A stretch of DNA of 64,000 nucleotides, taken from assembly GCA_963664225.1 (NCBI GenBank), contig OY760937.1, forward strand, positions 1,888,001 to 1,952,000, written 5' to 3'. Positions within the stretch are counted from its first letter, which is position 1. The number at the start of each line of letters is the position of its first letter. This DNA is from Verrucomicrobiia bacterium (GTDB lineage: Bacteria; Verrucomicrobiota; Verrucomicrobiia; Limisphaerales; UBA1319). This document shows positions 9,214 through 17,880 of the stretch, one piece after another. Under the pieces are notes generated by a model. The model did not search any database and was not told the DNA's origin. It saw nothing but the letters and a program-made list of their open reading frames with translations. A program made the translations under genes and the position numbers.

Positions 9214-9957
9214 TTAAATGTCCGTGCCGGCAGCGTTGGATTGATTGAGTCTGGCCAGAGTATTCAGCGCCTCCCTACTAACGGCTTCCATGGTCTGCAT
9301 GCCCCTGGAGATATTGGGAGCGTCACCGACCAGGATGGCCGCGCCGAGGCGATTGGCCGCATGGGCTAGGGCAGCCATGCCAAGCCTTTGTCCAGCGGTC
9401 CGAATGGTTTCAACTTCCTGCATGGCGGATTCCAGGTTGTCCACAGCAAGAGTTGCGCGCAACGCCCCAAAGTTATTGGAAGCCGAGCGGGTCAGTGCTT
9501 CAACAGCGTTACCGCAAGCCTTCAAATCGATGGGTTGTTTGGCGGACGATTCCGAATGGCCTGGGACAGGTGTTGGGGTGATGTTTTTATGAAAGATTTG
9601 CCGGACCTGGTCCAGGATGTTTTTGGAGGTAAACGGCTTGAGAATGTAACCGTCAATATCCAGGGAGTTGGCGCTGAGCATCCGGGGGCGATCATTGACC
9701 GCCGTACACATGATGACTTTCACCCCATGAAGGTGGTCGCTGGCGCGGATGCGGGCCAGGAGGTCCAACCCATCCATGCGCGGCATCATGATGTCCAGCG
9801 TGATGAGCACGGGCAGGAGCCCCCCCTGAAGCATCTCCCAGGCGGCCAAGCCATCCCTTGCCTCAACCACTTCAAAATTCGGCTCTGAACGCAGCACGCG
9901 ACGCAGAAGCATGCGTCCCAGATCATCATCATCAACAACAAGTATCTTTTGGTTCAA
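9214..9957 (-). CDS. Response regulator with C-terminal Hpt-like helical domain
   Basis: ILVVDDD, LDIMMPRMDG, MCTA, ILKPF; helical C-terminus. TTG start uncertain. Confidence 0.8.
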   Translation of the reverse strand: MNQKILVVDDDDLGRMLLRRVLRSEPNFEVVEARDGLAAWEMLQGGLLPVLITLDIMMPRMDGLDLLARIRASDHLHGVKVIMCTAVNDRPRMLSANSLDIDGYILKPFTSKNILDQVRQIFHKNITPTPVPGHSESSAKQPIDLKACGNAVEALTRSASNNFGALRATLAVDNLESAMQEVETIRTAGQRLGMAALAHAANRLGAAILVGDAPNISRGMQTMEAVSREALNTLARLNQSNAAGTDI

Positions 9958-10111
9958 AGCTGAATAAGTGCAAAACTTTTTACTGCATTCTTATTCTCGT
10001 TTCAATGAAATATTTCGTTCATAATGAAACATATGCGGATATTCAGGGCTTTGTTCCCGGCCCGTGATTTTGCGGTGTTTCAACCACATTCCATAAACGC
10101 GGTTCAGAGTA

Positions 10112-12112
10112 TCAGGCTTTATTCGATGCTCCTTCCCGGATTGAAGCCAGCGTTTGGGCGATCATCGCGTTGGCATCGCCCGTTTTAAAAGGTTTGTCGA
10201 GGATTCTGACATCGGCAATCCCCTTCAAATGCTTGCGCTCATCCTCGCTCAGAAATCCGGAAGCCATGATAAATTTCATGTTCGGGTTGCGGGCGGCCAC
10301 CCTCTCAATAAGTTGCCCGCCATTCATCCCTTTCATTTTATAATCTGTAAACAGAAGGTCGATCGGATCCTTTTCCGTCTCGAGAATTTCCAGAGCCGCC
10401 TCGGCGCTTGTGGCGGGGAGGACTTCATAACCGACTGTGCGCAGGCAGGACACCGTCAGCTCCAGCATCAGATCCAGATCGTCCACCACGAGGATGCGTC
10501 CGAGTCCCGTCTCCGTTGTTGGCCGGGCGGGTATGACCTCAGATCCGAGTTCCGCATGGACGCTGGGCATGCAGAGTTTTATGACGGTACCCTGGCCCTG
10601 TTCGCTTTCCACATCGATAAATCCATTGGCCTGGTTGACAATGTCACAGACAATGGACAGACCCAACCCGGTGCCCTTCCCCTTTTCTGTGGCGGTGTAA
10701 AGGGGATCGAAAATCCGGTGCATTTGTTCCCGCGGAATGCCCGCGCCGGTATCTGTCACCGAACAGCATACAAAATCGGTTCCTGCGGGATACTGCGTCC
10801 TGCCAGCCTGACCGGGTGTCAGCTTGAAAAGATGGATGTCCAGAACAAGACGTCCGCCATGGGGCATGGCGTCCACCCCGTTGGCGCATATGTTAAACAC
10901 GATCTGCCTGGCGAGCGTGGAATCCATGCAAACCAGGGCTGGACGACTGGCAGGAGTGGCTTTCATCTCGATATTGCCCCCGGGCGCAAAATGGAAAAGC
11001 TGACAGGCCTCCTGAATAATCTGATTGAAATCCACAACCGCGACCTTCTCATCCGACACCCGGCTGAACGAGAGCAACTGCTGGGTGATGGTTGAAGCGC
11101 GCCCCGAAGCTTGCTCGATCACCTGAATCTTGCGGCGCATCGAATCGGGCAGCGCCGGATCCATGGAGATCAGGCTCGCATTGCCACAAATTACCTGAAG
11201 CAGGTTAATAAAATCATGCGCTGCGCCCGCAGTCAGAGACCCCAACAGCGCCATGTTCTGCGTCCGATACAATTGCTGCTCCAAATGACGAATCCGATTC
11301 TGGTCGGCGCCAGAGTTACTTCGGTCTCCGGCCTCCTCCTCCTGCCCTCGGGGGGGCCTGACCGCGTCCCGCTCAAAGGCCGCATACCCATTGAGCACCC
11401 CCTCCGCGTCATACAATGGCGAAATCCTGGCGTCCACAGTGTATCGAACGCCATCGGCGCGCACGTTCTCCAATTGACCCGTCCAACTTACCCCCTCTTT
11501 CACGCTGGCCAGATAAGACTGCATCTGGGCAACGCCTGCTGGCGAACGCAAAAAATCCGCTGTCTTCCCCAGAACCTCTTCCGCCGCGTATCCCGTTGTT
11601 GCGGAAAACGCCCGGTTGATATACTCGATTTTGAATTCCGGGCCTGTTAAATAGATGACTTCCGGCGTGGCATTAGCCGCCGACATAAGGCGTTGCGCAT
11701 GCGCCTCCATTCTCCACCGGCAATTGGCATCCTTGAGCGTGATCAGCGAAAAATCCTCATCGAGTGCCGTGACCTCCAAATCCGCCAGGAGGCAAATCTT
11801 CCCTTCCACGAGCAGGGAAACTGACAAAAGCGATTCTCTGTCGCCTGGATCCCGGCGCAACATCTCCATTACTTTGTTCCCGCTGCCAGCGGTCAAACGA
11901 GTCAAAATATTGGACTGTCCGCATTCCGCCGCTGTTTCGGGTAGCGCCAGCAATTGAGTCGCCTTTCTGTTCGCGGCAAATAACGTACCATCATCGCGGC
12001 ACACCACCCGCGCATGATCCGGCTGATCGAAAAGACGACGCCACCAATGTCCTTGGCTTGAAGGAGATACACTAAAGCCAACCGATTTTGAATTAATGTC
12101 TTCCACCATCAT
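10112..12112 (-). CDS. PAS-domain hybrid sensor histidine kinase/response regulator
   Basis: PAS (YINRAFSATTGY, WTGQLENVRADG), H-box AHDFINLL, DTGAGI, GKGTGLGL, REC (VVDD...TDY.M...KPF). Confidence 0.92.
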   Translation of the reverse strand: MMVEDINSKSVGFSVSPSSQGHWWRRLFDQPDHARVVCRDDGTLFAANRKATQLLALPETAAECGQSNILTRLTAGSGNKVMEMLRRDPGDRESLLSVSLLVEGKICLLADLEVTALDEDFSLITLKDANCRWRMEAHAQRLMSAANATPEVIYLTGPEFKIEYINRAFSATTGYAAEEVLGKTADFLRSPAGVAQMQSYLASVKEGVSWTGQLENVRADGVRYTVDARISPLYDAEGVLNGYAAFERDAVRPPRGQEEEAGDRSNSGADQNRIRHLEQQLYRTQNMALLGSLTAGAAHDFINLLQVICGNASLISMDPALPDSMRRKIQVIEQASGRASTITQQLLSFSRVSDEKVAVVDFNQIIQEACQLFHFAPGGNIEMKATPASRPALVCMDSTLARQIVFNICANGVDAMPHGGRLVLDIHLFKLTPGQAGRTQYPAGTDFVCCSVTDTGAGIPREQMHRIFDPLYTATEKGKGTGLGLSIVCDIVNQANGFIDVESEQGQGTVIKLCMPSVHAELGSEVIPARPTTETGLGRILVVDDLDLMLELTVSCLRTVGYEVLPATSAEAALEILETEKDPIDLLFTDYKMKGMNGGQLIERVAARNPNMKFIMASGFLSEDERKHLKGIADVRILDKPFKTGDANAMIAQTLASIREGASNKA

Positions 12113-12346
12113 TATTCCTTTGGGGCAGCGAATTATTTTTACGGCGCCCTAGCCCACCGACTCCGTCTTCTGCGTCAGCGTATGAACTTGATCTGCAAAT
12201 TACCAGTTTCTTATCGGCTATACAGGCCTCCCACTTTAGCGTTGTTTACCAGGGAAATCGCACCATCGAGAACCGGTATAAATCCAAACTCCTAGTTTTA
12301 GTCTTTCCCACGCTCCCTTCTTTGTAGTAGGGTCTGGCTCTCTGAA

Positions 12347-13048
12347 ATGAAGATTTGTTTTTTAGGAATACCGGGAATTAACATCGGCAAGCACAACGTC
12401 AAAGATCCCCGATTGGATCAGGCGGACAAATTGGTGGAAGCCAAGAAGAAGATCTGTGTCCAGGTGGATGTCCTCCCCGAGTCAGATCAGGCGGATGCCG
12501 ATGCGCTGATCATCTCCGCCGACACCAAGCCGGATGTGATCCTGAACGATTTGGAATTCGTGGAAACCCGCCTCAGCCGCGGCGCCGATGGGGTCGAATT
12601 GGAACTGCTCAAGAAGGTGAAACCGCGCCTGGATGCCGAGCAATTCGTTTTTGGAGTGGAAACCAACCCCGAAGAAGCCGCCATCCTGGCCAGTTACCGG
12701 CTCTCAACCGCCAAACCGATTGTCGTCGGGGGTGCTGACGCGATCGAACAATCCGGCACACTGATTTTTCAGGCCTATCAGCTCAGCGGCTTCATTTCCT
12801 TCCTGACCGTGGGCGGTAAGGAAAACCGGGCCTGGCAGATCCGAAAGGGCGCCACGGCGTGGGATGCCGCCGGAGCCATCCATACCGATATCCAAAAAGG
12901 ATTCATCCGGGCTGAAATCATCAATTTCGAGGACCTGGTTCAAGCCGGCGGGGAAACCCAGGCGAAGCGCGCCGGGAAAATGCGCCTTGAAACCAAGGAA
13001 TATGTGATGCTCGACGGCGATATCACCAATTTCCGGTTTAACAAGTAA
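12347..13048 (+). CDS. Short YchF-like protein (DUF933/TGS C-terminal domain, reduced G-domain)
   Basis: ISFLTVGGKENRAWQIRKGATAWDAAGAIHTDIQKGFIRAE...KEYVMLDGDITNFRFN matches the YchF C-terminus; only 233 aa. Confidence 0.85.
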   Translation: MKICFLGIPGINIGKHNVKDPRLDQADKLVEAKKKICVQVDVLPESDQADADALIISADTKPDVILNDLEFVETRLSRGADGVELELLKKVKPRLDAEQFVFGVETNPEEAAILASYRLSTAKPIVVGGADAIEQSGTLIFQAYQLSGFISFLTVGGKENRAWQIRKGATAWDAAGAIHTDIQKGFIRAEIINFEDLVQAGGETQAKRAGKMRLETKEYVMLDGDITNFRFNK

Positions 13049-13067
13049 TAGAGAAGTACACGACTTG

Positions 13068-13088
13068 GAGCGGTGAAAACCGCTCTTT
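13068..13088 (+). terminator. Putative intrinsic terminator after ychF-like gene
   Basis: gagcgg-tgaaaa-ccgctc stem followed by a short T-run. Confidence 0.45.
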
Positions 13089-13205
13089 AGTGAGACATCG
13101 AATGTGTTCCGGAATCCTGAAAGATTTCAAGGAAGCACTGTGCTGGTTTTTCACAAGGCGGTAAACTTTTCGGGTTTCCGCGCTTCCCAGCCGCCATAAG
13201 TCGCG

Positions 13206-13598
13206 TTAAAGACCACCCAGCCAATAGACCAAGGCAATTTGCCCAAAGCCCAAACCGACCAGCGCAGCCCAAATGATCGCCTCCCGCCATTTGAGTTCAA
13301 ACTGCCGGGGATCACTGAGCCAGAACCGGATCTTTGCGGAGCCCAGCTCGATCAGGTCTCCATTTCGCAAAATTTGCCGTGTAAAATCGCTCCCGTTGAC
13401 CAGGCCTGATGCGTGCGACTGAACAACGGCCACAATCCTGTCATCCTCGTCCAGGCCAAGTTCCAGATGTCGATCCCACACCCCGAAATCATCGAGTTGT
13501 GTGTCGTTGCCCGATGCCCGCCCAATTTTCCACGGCAATCGGGGCACAAGAACGCCTTGACCCGCCCGCTTGCCAGAAAGAAAACGCAGTTGAACCAT
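13206..13598 (-). CDS. FHA-domain protein with C-terminal transmembrane helix
   Basis: KIGRASGND...RHLEL...LVNG...LRNGDLIELGSAKIRF; C-terminal hydrophobic helix; start overlaps wza stop. Confidence 0.85.
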   Translation of the reverse strand: MVQLRFLSGKRAGQGVLVPRLPWKIGRASGNDTQLDDFGVWDRHLELGLDEDDRIVAVVQSHASGLVNGSDFTRQILRNGDLIELGSAKIRFWLSDPRQFELKWREAIIWAALVGLGFGQIALVYWLGGL

Positions 13599-14218
13599 CA
13601 GATAAGCCGCCGTGGAACCACGATGCGATCACCAGGGTAGATCTCAAGATCCAGAGTTGGATTCTCGAGTGCCTTGACGCAATTGACATAGACGATCTTG
13701 CCGTTGCCGCGAATAATCTGAACCTTGGTTTTCTTGGCGAAATCCGTGAAGCCGCCTGATGCCGCAATGGCGCCCAAAACCGTGATGCGTCCAGAATAGA
13801 CCTGGCGACTGCGGTTGTTGACCTCCCCCTGCACATACACGAACCGGTTCTCCGAATTCACATTGACACTTAACTGGACGAAATACTTGGGCACGTACAT
13901 TTCGTGCAGCTTTTTCTCCAATTCCGCTGTCGTCATTCCCATAACCTGCACCGATCCAATCAAGGGCAGGCTGATCACGCCATCCTGCTTGATGCGGCCT
14001 TCGAAACGATCCGGCGGGCTGGGCGGGCCTGAGAACACGACGGTGACGGAATCCTCGGCCTGAAGCCGGCCGGAGCCAACCGTGGTTGAGATTTGATCAG
14101 AGCCATCCCTGGCGCCGACGCCGTTCTGCATCGAACCGCACCCTGTAAGGACGGCCAGCAGACACACGCAACCCAATCCCGCGCACCATGCGCCCCATGT
14201 CTTCAGCGTTAAGCTCAT
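13598..14218 (-). CDS. Polysaccharide export (OPX/Wza-like) lipoprotein, short form
   Basis: Lipobox LTGC, DGVISLPLIGSVQVMGMT (Poly_export), VYVQGEV, AIAASGGFTDFA (SLBB), PGDRIVVP. Confidence 0.92.
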   Translation of the reverse strand: MSLTLKTWGAWCAGLGCVCLLAVLTGCGSMQNGVGARDGSDQISTTVGSGRLQAEDSVTVVFSGPPSPPDRFEGRIKQDGVISLPLIGSVQVMGMTTAELEKKLHEMYVPKYFVQLSVNVNSENRFVYVQGEVNNRSRQVYSGRITVLGAIAASGGFTDFAKKTKVQIIRGNGKIVYVNCVKALENPTLDLEIYPGDRIVVPRRLI

Positions 14219-14252
14219 ACTATTTTTATAAAAACTGCTACAATAATGACAA

Positions 14253-16427
14253 TCAATACTTTTTATTCAGATCGACTTTCGCCTGATCACCGACCGCCTT
14301 TTTGTCTGTTTCCCCGGGCTTTTCCGCGGAATCTTCGGACCGCTTGTAATAGTAATCGTAATAATAACCGCTGTAGTAGTAGTAGTAGGAATCCTGGGAA
14401 ATGTTGATGTTGTTCAGGACCACACCCATCAGATGCCCGCCCACCTTCTCCACCATCTGTTTGGCGCGCAGGGTCATCATTTGAGGATACTTGCGGTATT
14501 GCACCACCAGCAGCGTCATGTCCACTTCGCTCGCCAGGACGGAAGCGTCGCTGACACCCATGATGGGCGGCGAGTCGAAGAACACCACATCATAACGCTG
14601 GCGGACATCCTTGATGAATTCGCGCATGCGTGTCGAATTCAAGATGCCCATGGAACTGCTCGGCAGCTTGCCGCTGGGCAGGAAGTCCAGCATGGGCTGT
14701 TTGGTCGTCTGAATCACTTCTTCAAGCGTCTTTTGCTTAAGCAAATAATTCGTCAAACCTATCGCATTGCTGATCTTGAGGAATTTGTGCAGGCTGGGGC
14801 GGCGCAAGTCCGAGTCCACGACGAGCACGCGCTGGCCGTTCTGGGCAAAAACGGTCGCCAGGTTGAACACCGTGGTCGATTTTCCTTCGCCGGCGCCGCC
14901 GCTGACGACGGTGATCGTATTGATGCCCTCGTTCTTGCGCGAAAACATCAGGTTGGTGCGCAAGACACGATAGGCCTCCGCATGCGGGCTGTCCGGTCCC
15001 TCGTCCATGAGGAAGCCCACGTTTTGGGGAATGACCCCGAGCACCGGGGCTTGCAGCGCCCGTTCCACATCGTCGATTGTCTTGACGCTGGTATCCAGAT
15101 ACTCGATGAAAAACGCCAGGCCGACGCCCACCGCCAAACCGACGATCACCCCCAGGGCGATGTTCAGCGCCACGCGGGGTCGCTCAAATTTCAAAGCCGG
15201 CTCTGCGCGATCCACCACCTCCACGATTGAGCTTTTCGGAAGCTTCGTATCCACCTTTTCCTGGATGATTCGCATGTTGATCGTCTGACGAATCTGTTTC
15301 TGGAAATCCAAATCGCGCTTGGCCATGGCGAAGCCGCTGTATTTTTTGGCATTCTCCACATCCGCTGTCTTGGCTCTTTCCAATTCCGCCGTGCGCAGGT
15401 CCAAATCCTCCTTGTAGCCGGCCGCCTTGATCTGCAAGCCCTCCAAAACACCGGCCACCTTGTTCGTAATCTGCGAGTCGATCTTCGCCAGCAATTGCTG
15501 CGCCCTCACCACCTGCGGATGATCCGCGCTGTAGTCCTTGCGCAACGTGGTCAATTCCTGCTCCGTCATGTCATAACGGGAAAACAGATCATTCAAATTC
15601 ACATCCGGAGCGACCGTCGGCAGCACGATTCGCAACTCCTCCTTGTTAAGCTTCAACAATTTCGTCAGCGTCGATTGCATTTGCCCATAGGCCGTCATCG
15701 CTTCAATGCGTGAATTCTCCAGACGCCGCACCGTCTCCGGCTCCAGGGTGCTTACCTGGCCGCTGTCCGCCTGAATTTCGGAGATATTGAATTTCTCCCT
15801 CAAATCATCCACGGTAGCCTGAGCCTTCTTGACCTTTTGCTCCTGGATAAGCAACTCGTCTTCCAAGACTTGAACGCCCCGGGCGGACGCTTCCCGCCGA
15901 CTGGAAAGGCGGGTCTCCCTGTAAACATCCGCAATTTTATTGGCGATTTCCGCCGCCTCGTCCTTTTCCTCGCTCAACACCTTGATTTCGATAAGCGAGG
16001 TATTGCGAAATTGACGCACATCCAAATGTTTGCGCAGCACCATGAAAGTCTCGGGCGTCTTCAATGAAACGCCACCCCCGAATCTCTTGGCCCAACGATC
16101 GTTGAGACCCAGATTCGTGATCACATTATAGAGAACCGTCTTGGATGTGATCTTTTCAAATTCCGTCTGAATAAAGAAGGCGTCGTAACTGGAGCCTGCC
16201 TGGCGAAATTCGAACAAGCCGGGAATATCGGAAATATCTTTTTCCACGGAAATGCGCACCGTGCTTCCGTAATATTTGGGCAGCCAGTAGGTGACAATTG
16301 TGGTCGTGATGACCACGAGAAGAAACACCGCAAAAATAACGGTCTTGCGGATGCGTATGATCCGCCAGTAGTCCAAAAAGTGGAGCTTATTGTCGGGGGC
16401 CTGCTGAGCAATATTCGGGGTATCCAT
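14253..16427 (-). CDS. Polysaccharide co-polymerase / BY tyrosine autokinase (Wzc-like)
   Basis: Two TMs flanking a coiled periplasmic region, EAYRVLRTNL, Walker A GAGEGKST, DSDLRRP, DSPP, C-terminal Tyr cluster. Confidence 0.95.
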   Translation of the reverse strand: MDTPNIAQQAPDNKLHFLDYWRIIRIRKTVIFAVFLLVVITTTIVTYWLPKYYGSTVRISVEKDISDIPGLFEFRQAGSSYDAFFIQTEFEKITSKTVLYNVITNLGLNDRWAKRFGGGVSLKTPETFMVLRKHLDVRQFRNTSLIEIKVLSEEKDEAAEIANKIADVYRETRLSSRREASARGVQVLEDELLIQEQKVKKAQATVDDLREKFNISEIQADSGQVSTLEPETVRRLENSRIEAMTAYGQMQSTLTKLLKLNKEELRIVLPTVAPDVNLNDLFSRYDMTEQELTTLRKDYSADHPQVVRAQQLLAKIDSQITNKVAGVLEGLQIKAAGYKEDLDLRTAELERAKTADVENAKKYSGFAMAKRDLDFQKQIRQTINMRIIQEKVDTKLPKSSIVEVVDRAEPALKFERPRVALNIALGVIVGLAVGVGLAFFIEYLDTSVKTIDDVERALQAPVLGVIPQNVGFLMDEGPDSPHAEAYRVLRTNLMFSRKNEGINTITVVSGGAGEGKSTTVFNLATVFAQNGQRVLVVDSDLRRPSLHKFLKISNAIGLTNYLLKQKTLEEVIQTTKQPMLDFLPSGKLPSSSMGILNSTRMREFIKDVRQRYDVVFFDSPPIMGVSDASVLASEVDMTLLVVQYRKYPQMMTLRAKQMVEKVGGHLMGVVLNNINISQDSYYYYYSGYYYDYYYKRSEDSAEKPGETDKKAVGDQAKVDLNKKY

Positions 16428-16431
16428 TGTC

Positions 16432-16466
16432 AAAAAAAAGGAGGCTAGATTTCAACTCCAGCCTCC
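16432..16466 (-). terminator. Intrinsic terminator-like hairpin between OM barrel gene and wzc
   Basis: Minus strand GGAGGCTGGA-GTTGAAA-TCTAGCCTCC followed by T8. Confidence 0.75.
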
Positions 16467-16488
16467 CTCGCATTTGGTTTAAATAGGC

Positions 16489-17763
16489 TTAGTAAGAGGC
16501 GCGCAGGCCGAGATACACCCGGTTCCGCGTGAAACTGCGATCTTGAATGTCCGAGTCAAGACGATCAAAATTATAACCAGCTTCCGCCGCCAAATACTGG
16601 TTGATCGTATAGGTCAGATTCAAACCCACAACGAAATAATTGTCTTCCCTGCTGTTGTAGGGCCCCTGATTGAAGCTCGAGTTTTGCAACTGGCCCATCA
16701 CGCTGCCCATTAACTTGGCCGTGATCTGGTGGTTGATCGATCCATAAACCGTGGTGGCCTCCTGGTCCAGCGCCAGAATATCGGTCGCCATCCGCGAGTG
16801 CTTGATCCCCAACTGGGCATAGCTGCCCGTGGTGTAGGCATAGGTCACATTGGCATCCGCGTAAGGAATGGTGGAATCGTCATTGAGCTTCCCGCCGGAT
16901 AGCGACTTGGCGTTTTGGTATTCCGTGAACTGGCCGCCCACGCGTGCGGAGGCGCTCAACTTGGAGTTGATCGTCTGATCGACACCCACATACGCATAGT
17001 GCGAGCGATTGTCACGAATCTTGGAATTAACAGTGCCAGGAGCTCCGTAAGCGGATGCGTCAATGGTCTTCTTGTCGTCGTAATTAACCATGCCGTACTG
17101 ATAACCCAAAATGCCGACCGTCTTGGGCAGCAGATGCCAGCGTGTATCGAAGGTGATCAGGTGCTCCATGCGGTTCAGCAACCCGGCGTAAACTTCGTTA
17201 TCATAGTCATAGAGCGAGTTGGAATAACCCAACTCGATTCCAAACAGACGGGTGATCTCGGCCTGAAACTTCGCCGCAGCCGTATTGCGGATATTATTGC
17301 CATTCAAACGCAGGGGAATCGCAACAGGACCGTCGCCCGCCATCAGGGCGGGTTCCTGGGCAATGACGAATGAATCGTTCAAATCCAAACGATAGTTCTC
17401 GGTAAACGCATGATTCAAGTGCGCATTAAATTGATGAGAATGATCGGCCTTGTTATCTTTCCGATCCTCATAATAACGCATGCTGTACTGATAACTCAGG
17501 CTGATCAAGGTCTGATCCAGCGGCAGATTCAAGCTGGCTGAAGGGCTGATCTCCATGCCATAGCTGGAACGCGCGGTCCCCAGGGCGGGATTCGAGCGAG
17601 TCTCCGGCGAGGTGGTGTAATTGTCATCGTAGAAACCGCGCAAGGACGCAGCAACACTCCAAGGTTTCGAGCGCTCTGTGGCGGAAAGGCCTGGAGCGTA
17701 AGCGGCCTGGAGGCTGACAGCACCCAAGGCAGCCAGACTGGCGGTCATGATAATCTTTTTCAT
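16489..17763 (-). CDS. Outer-membrane beta-barrel protein associated with polysaccharide export
   Basis: Signal peptide, RGFYDDN, alternating amphipathic strands, terminal RNRVYLGLRASY beta-signal; position upstream of wzc/wza. Confidence 0.85.
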   Translation of the reverse strand: MKKIIMTASLAALGAVSLQAAYAPGLSATERSKPWSVAASLRGFYDDNYTTSPETRSNPALGTARSSYGMEISPSASLNLPLDQTLISLSYQYSMRYYEDRKDNKADHSHQFNAHLNHAFTENYRLDLNDSFVIAQEPALMAGDGPVAIPLRLNGNNIRNTAAAKFQAEITRLFGIELGYSNSLYDYDNEVYAGLLNRMEHLITFDTRWHLLPKTVGILGYQYGMVNYDDKKTIDASAYGAPGTVNSKIRDNRSHYAYVGVDQTINSKLSASARVGGQFTEYQNAKSLSGGKLNDDSTIPYADANVTYAYTTGSYAQLGIKHSRMATDILALDQEATTVYGSINHQITAKLMGSVMGQLQNSSFNQGPYNSREDNYFVVGLNLTYTINQYLAAEAGYNFDRLDSDIQDRSFTRNRVYLGLRASY

Positions 17764-17818
17764 ATCTTTATAAATTAACTAGTTTGGCCCGAGATCAGCT
17801 TTTTGAATCTTGGTTCCC

Positions 17819-17847
17819 TTTCTACGTTGGTTCCAAGACCTTGTCAA
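17819..17847 (-). promoter_or_regulatory. Possible sigma70 promoter for barrel-wzc-wza-FHA
   Basis: TTGACA-17 nt-TAGAAA on minus strand; -10 is imperfect. Confidence 0.4.
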
Positions 17848-17880
17848 ATACAAACGTTGTTTTTCTGTAGAATATTTCAG

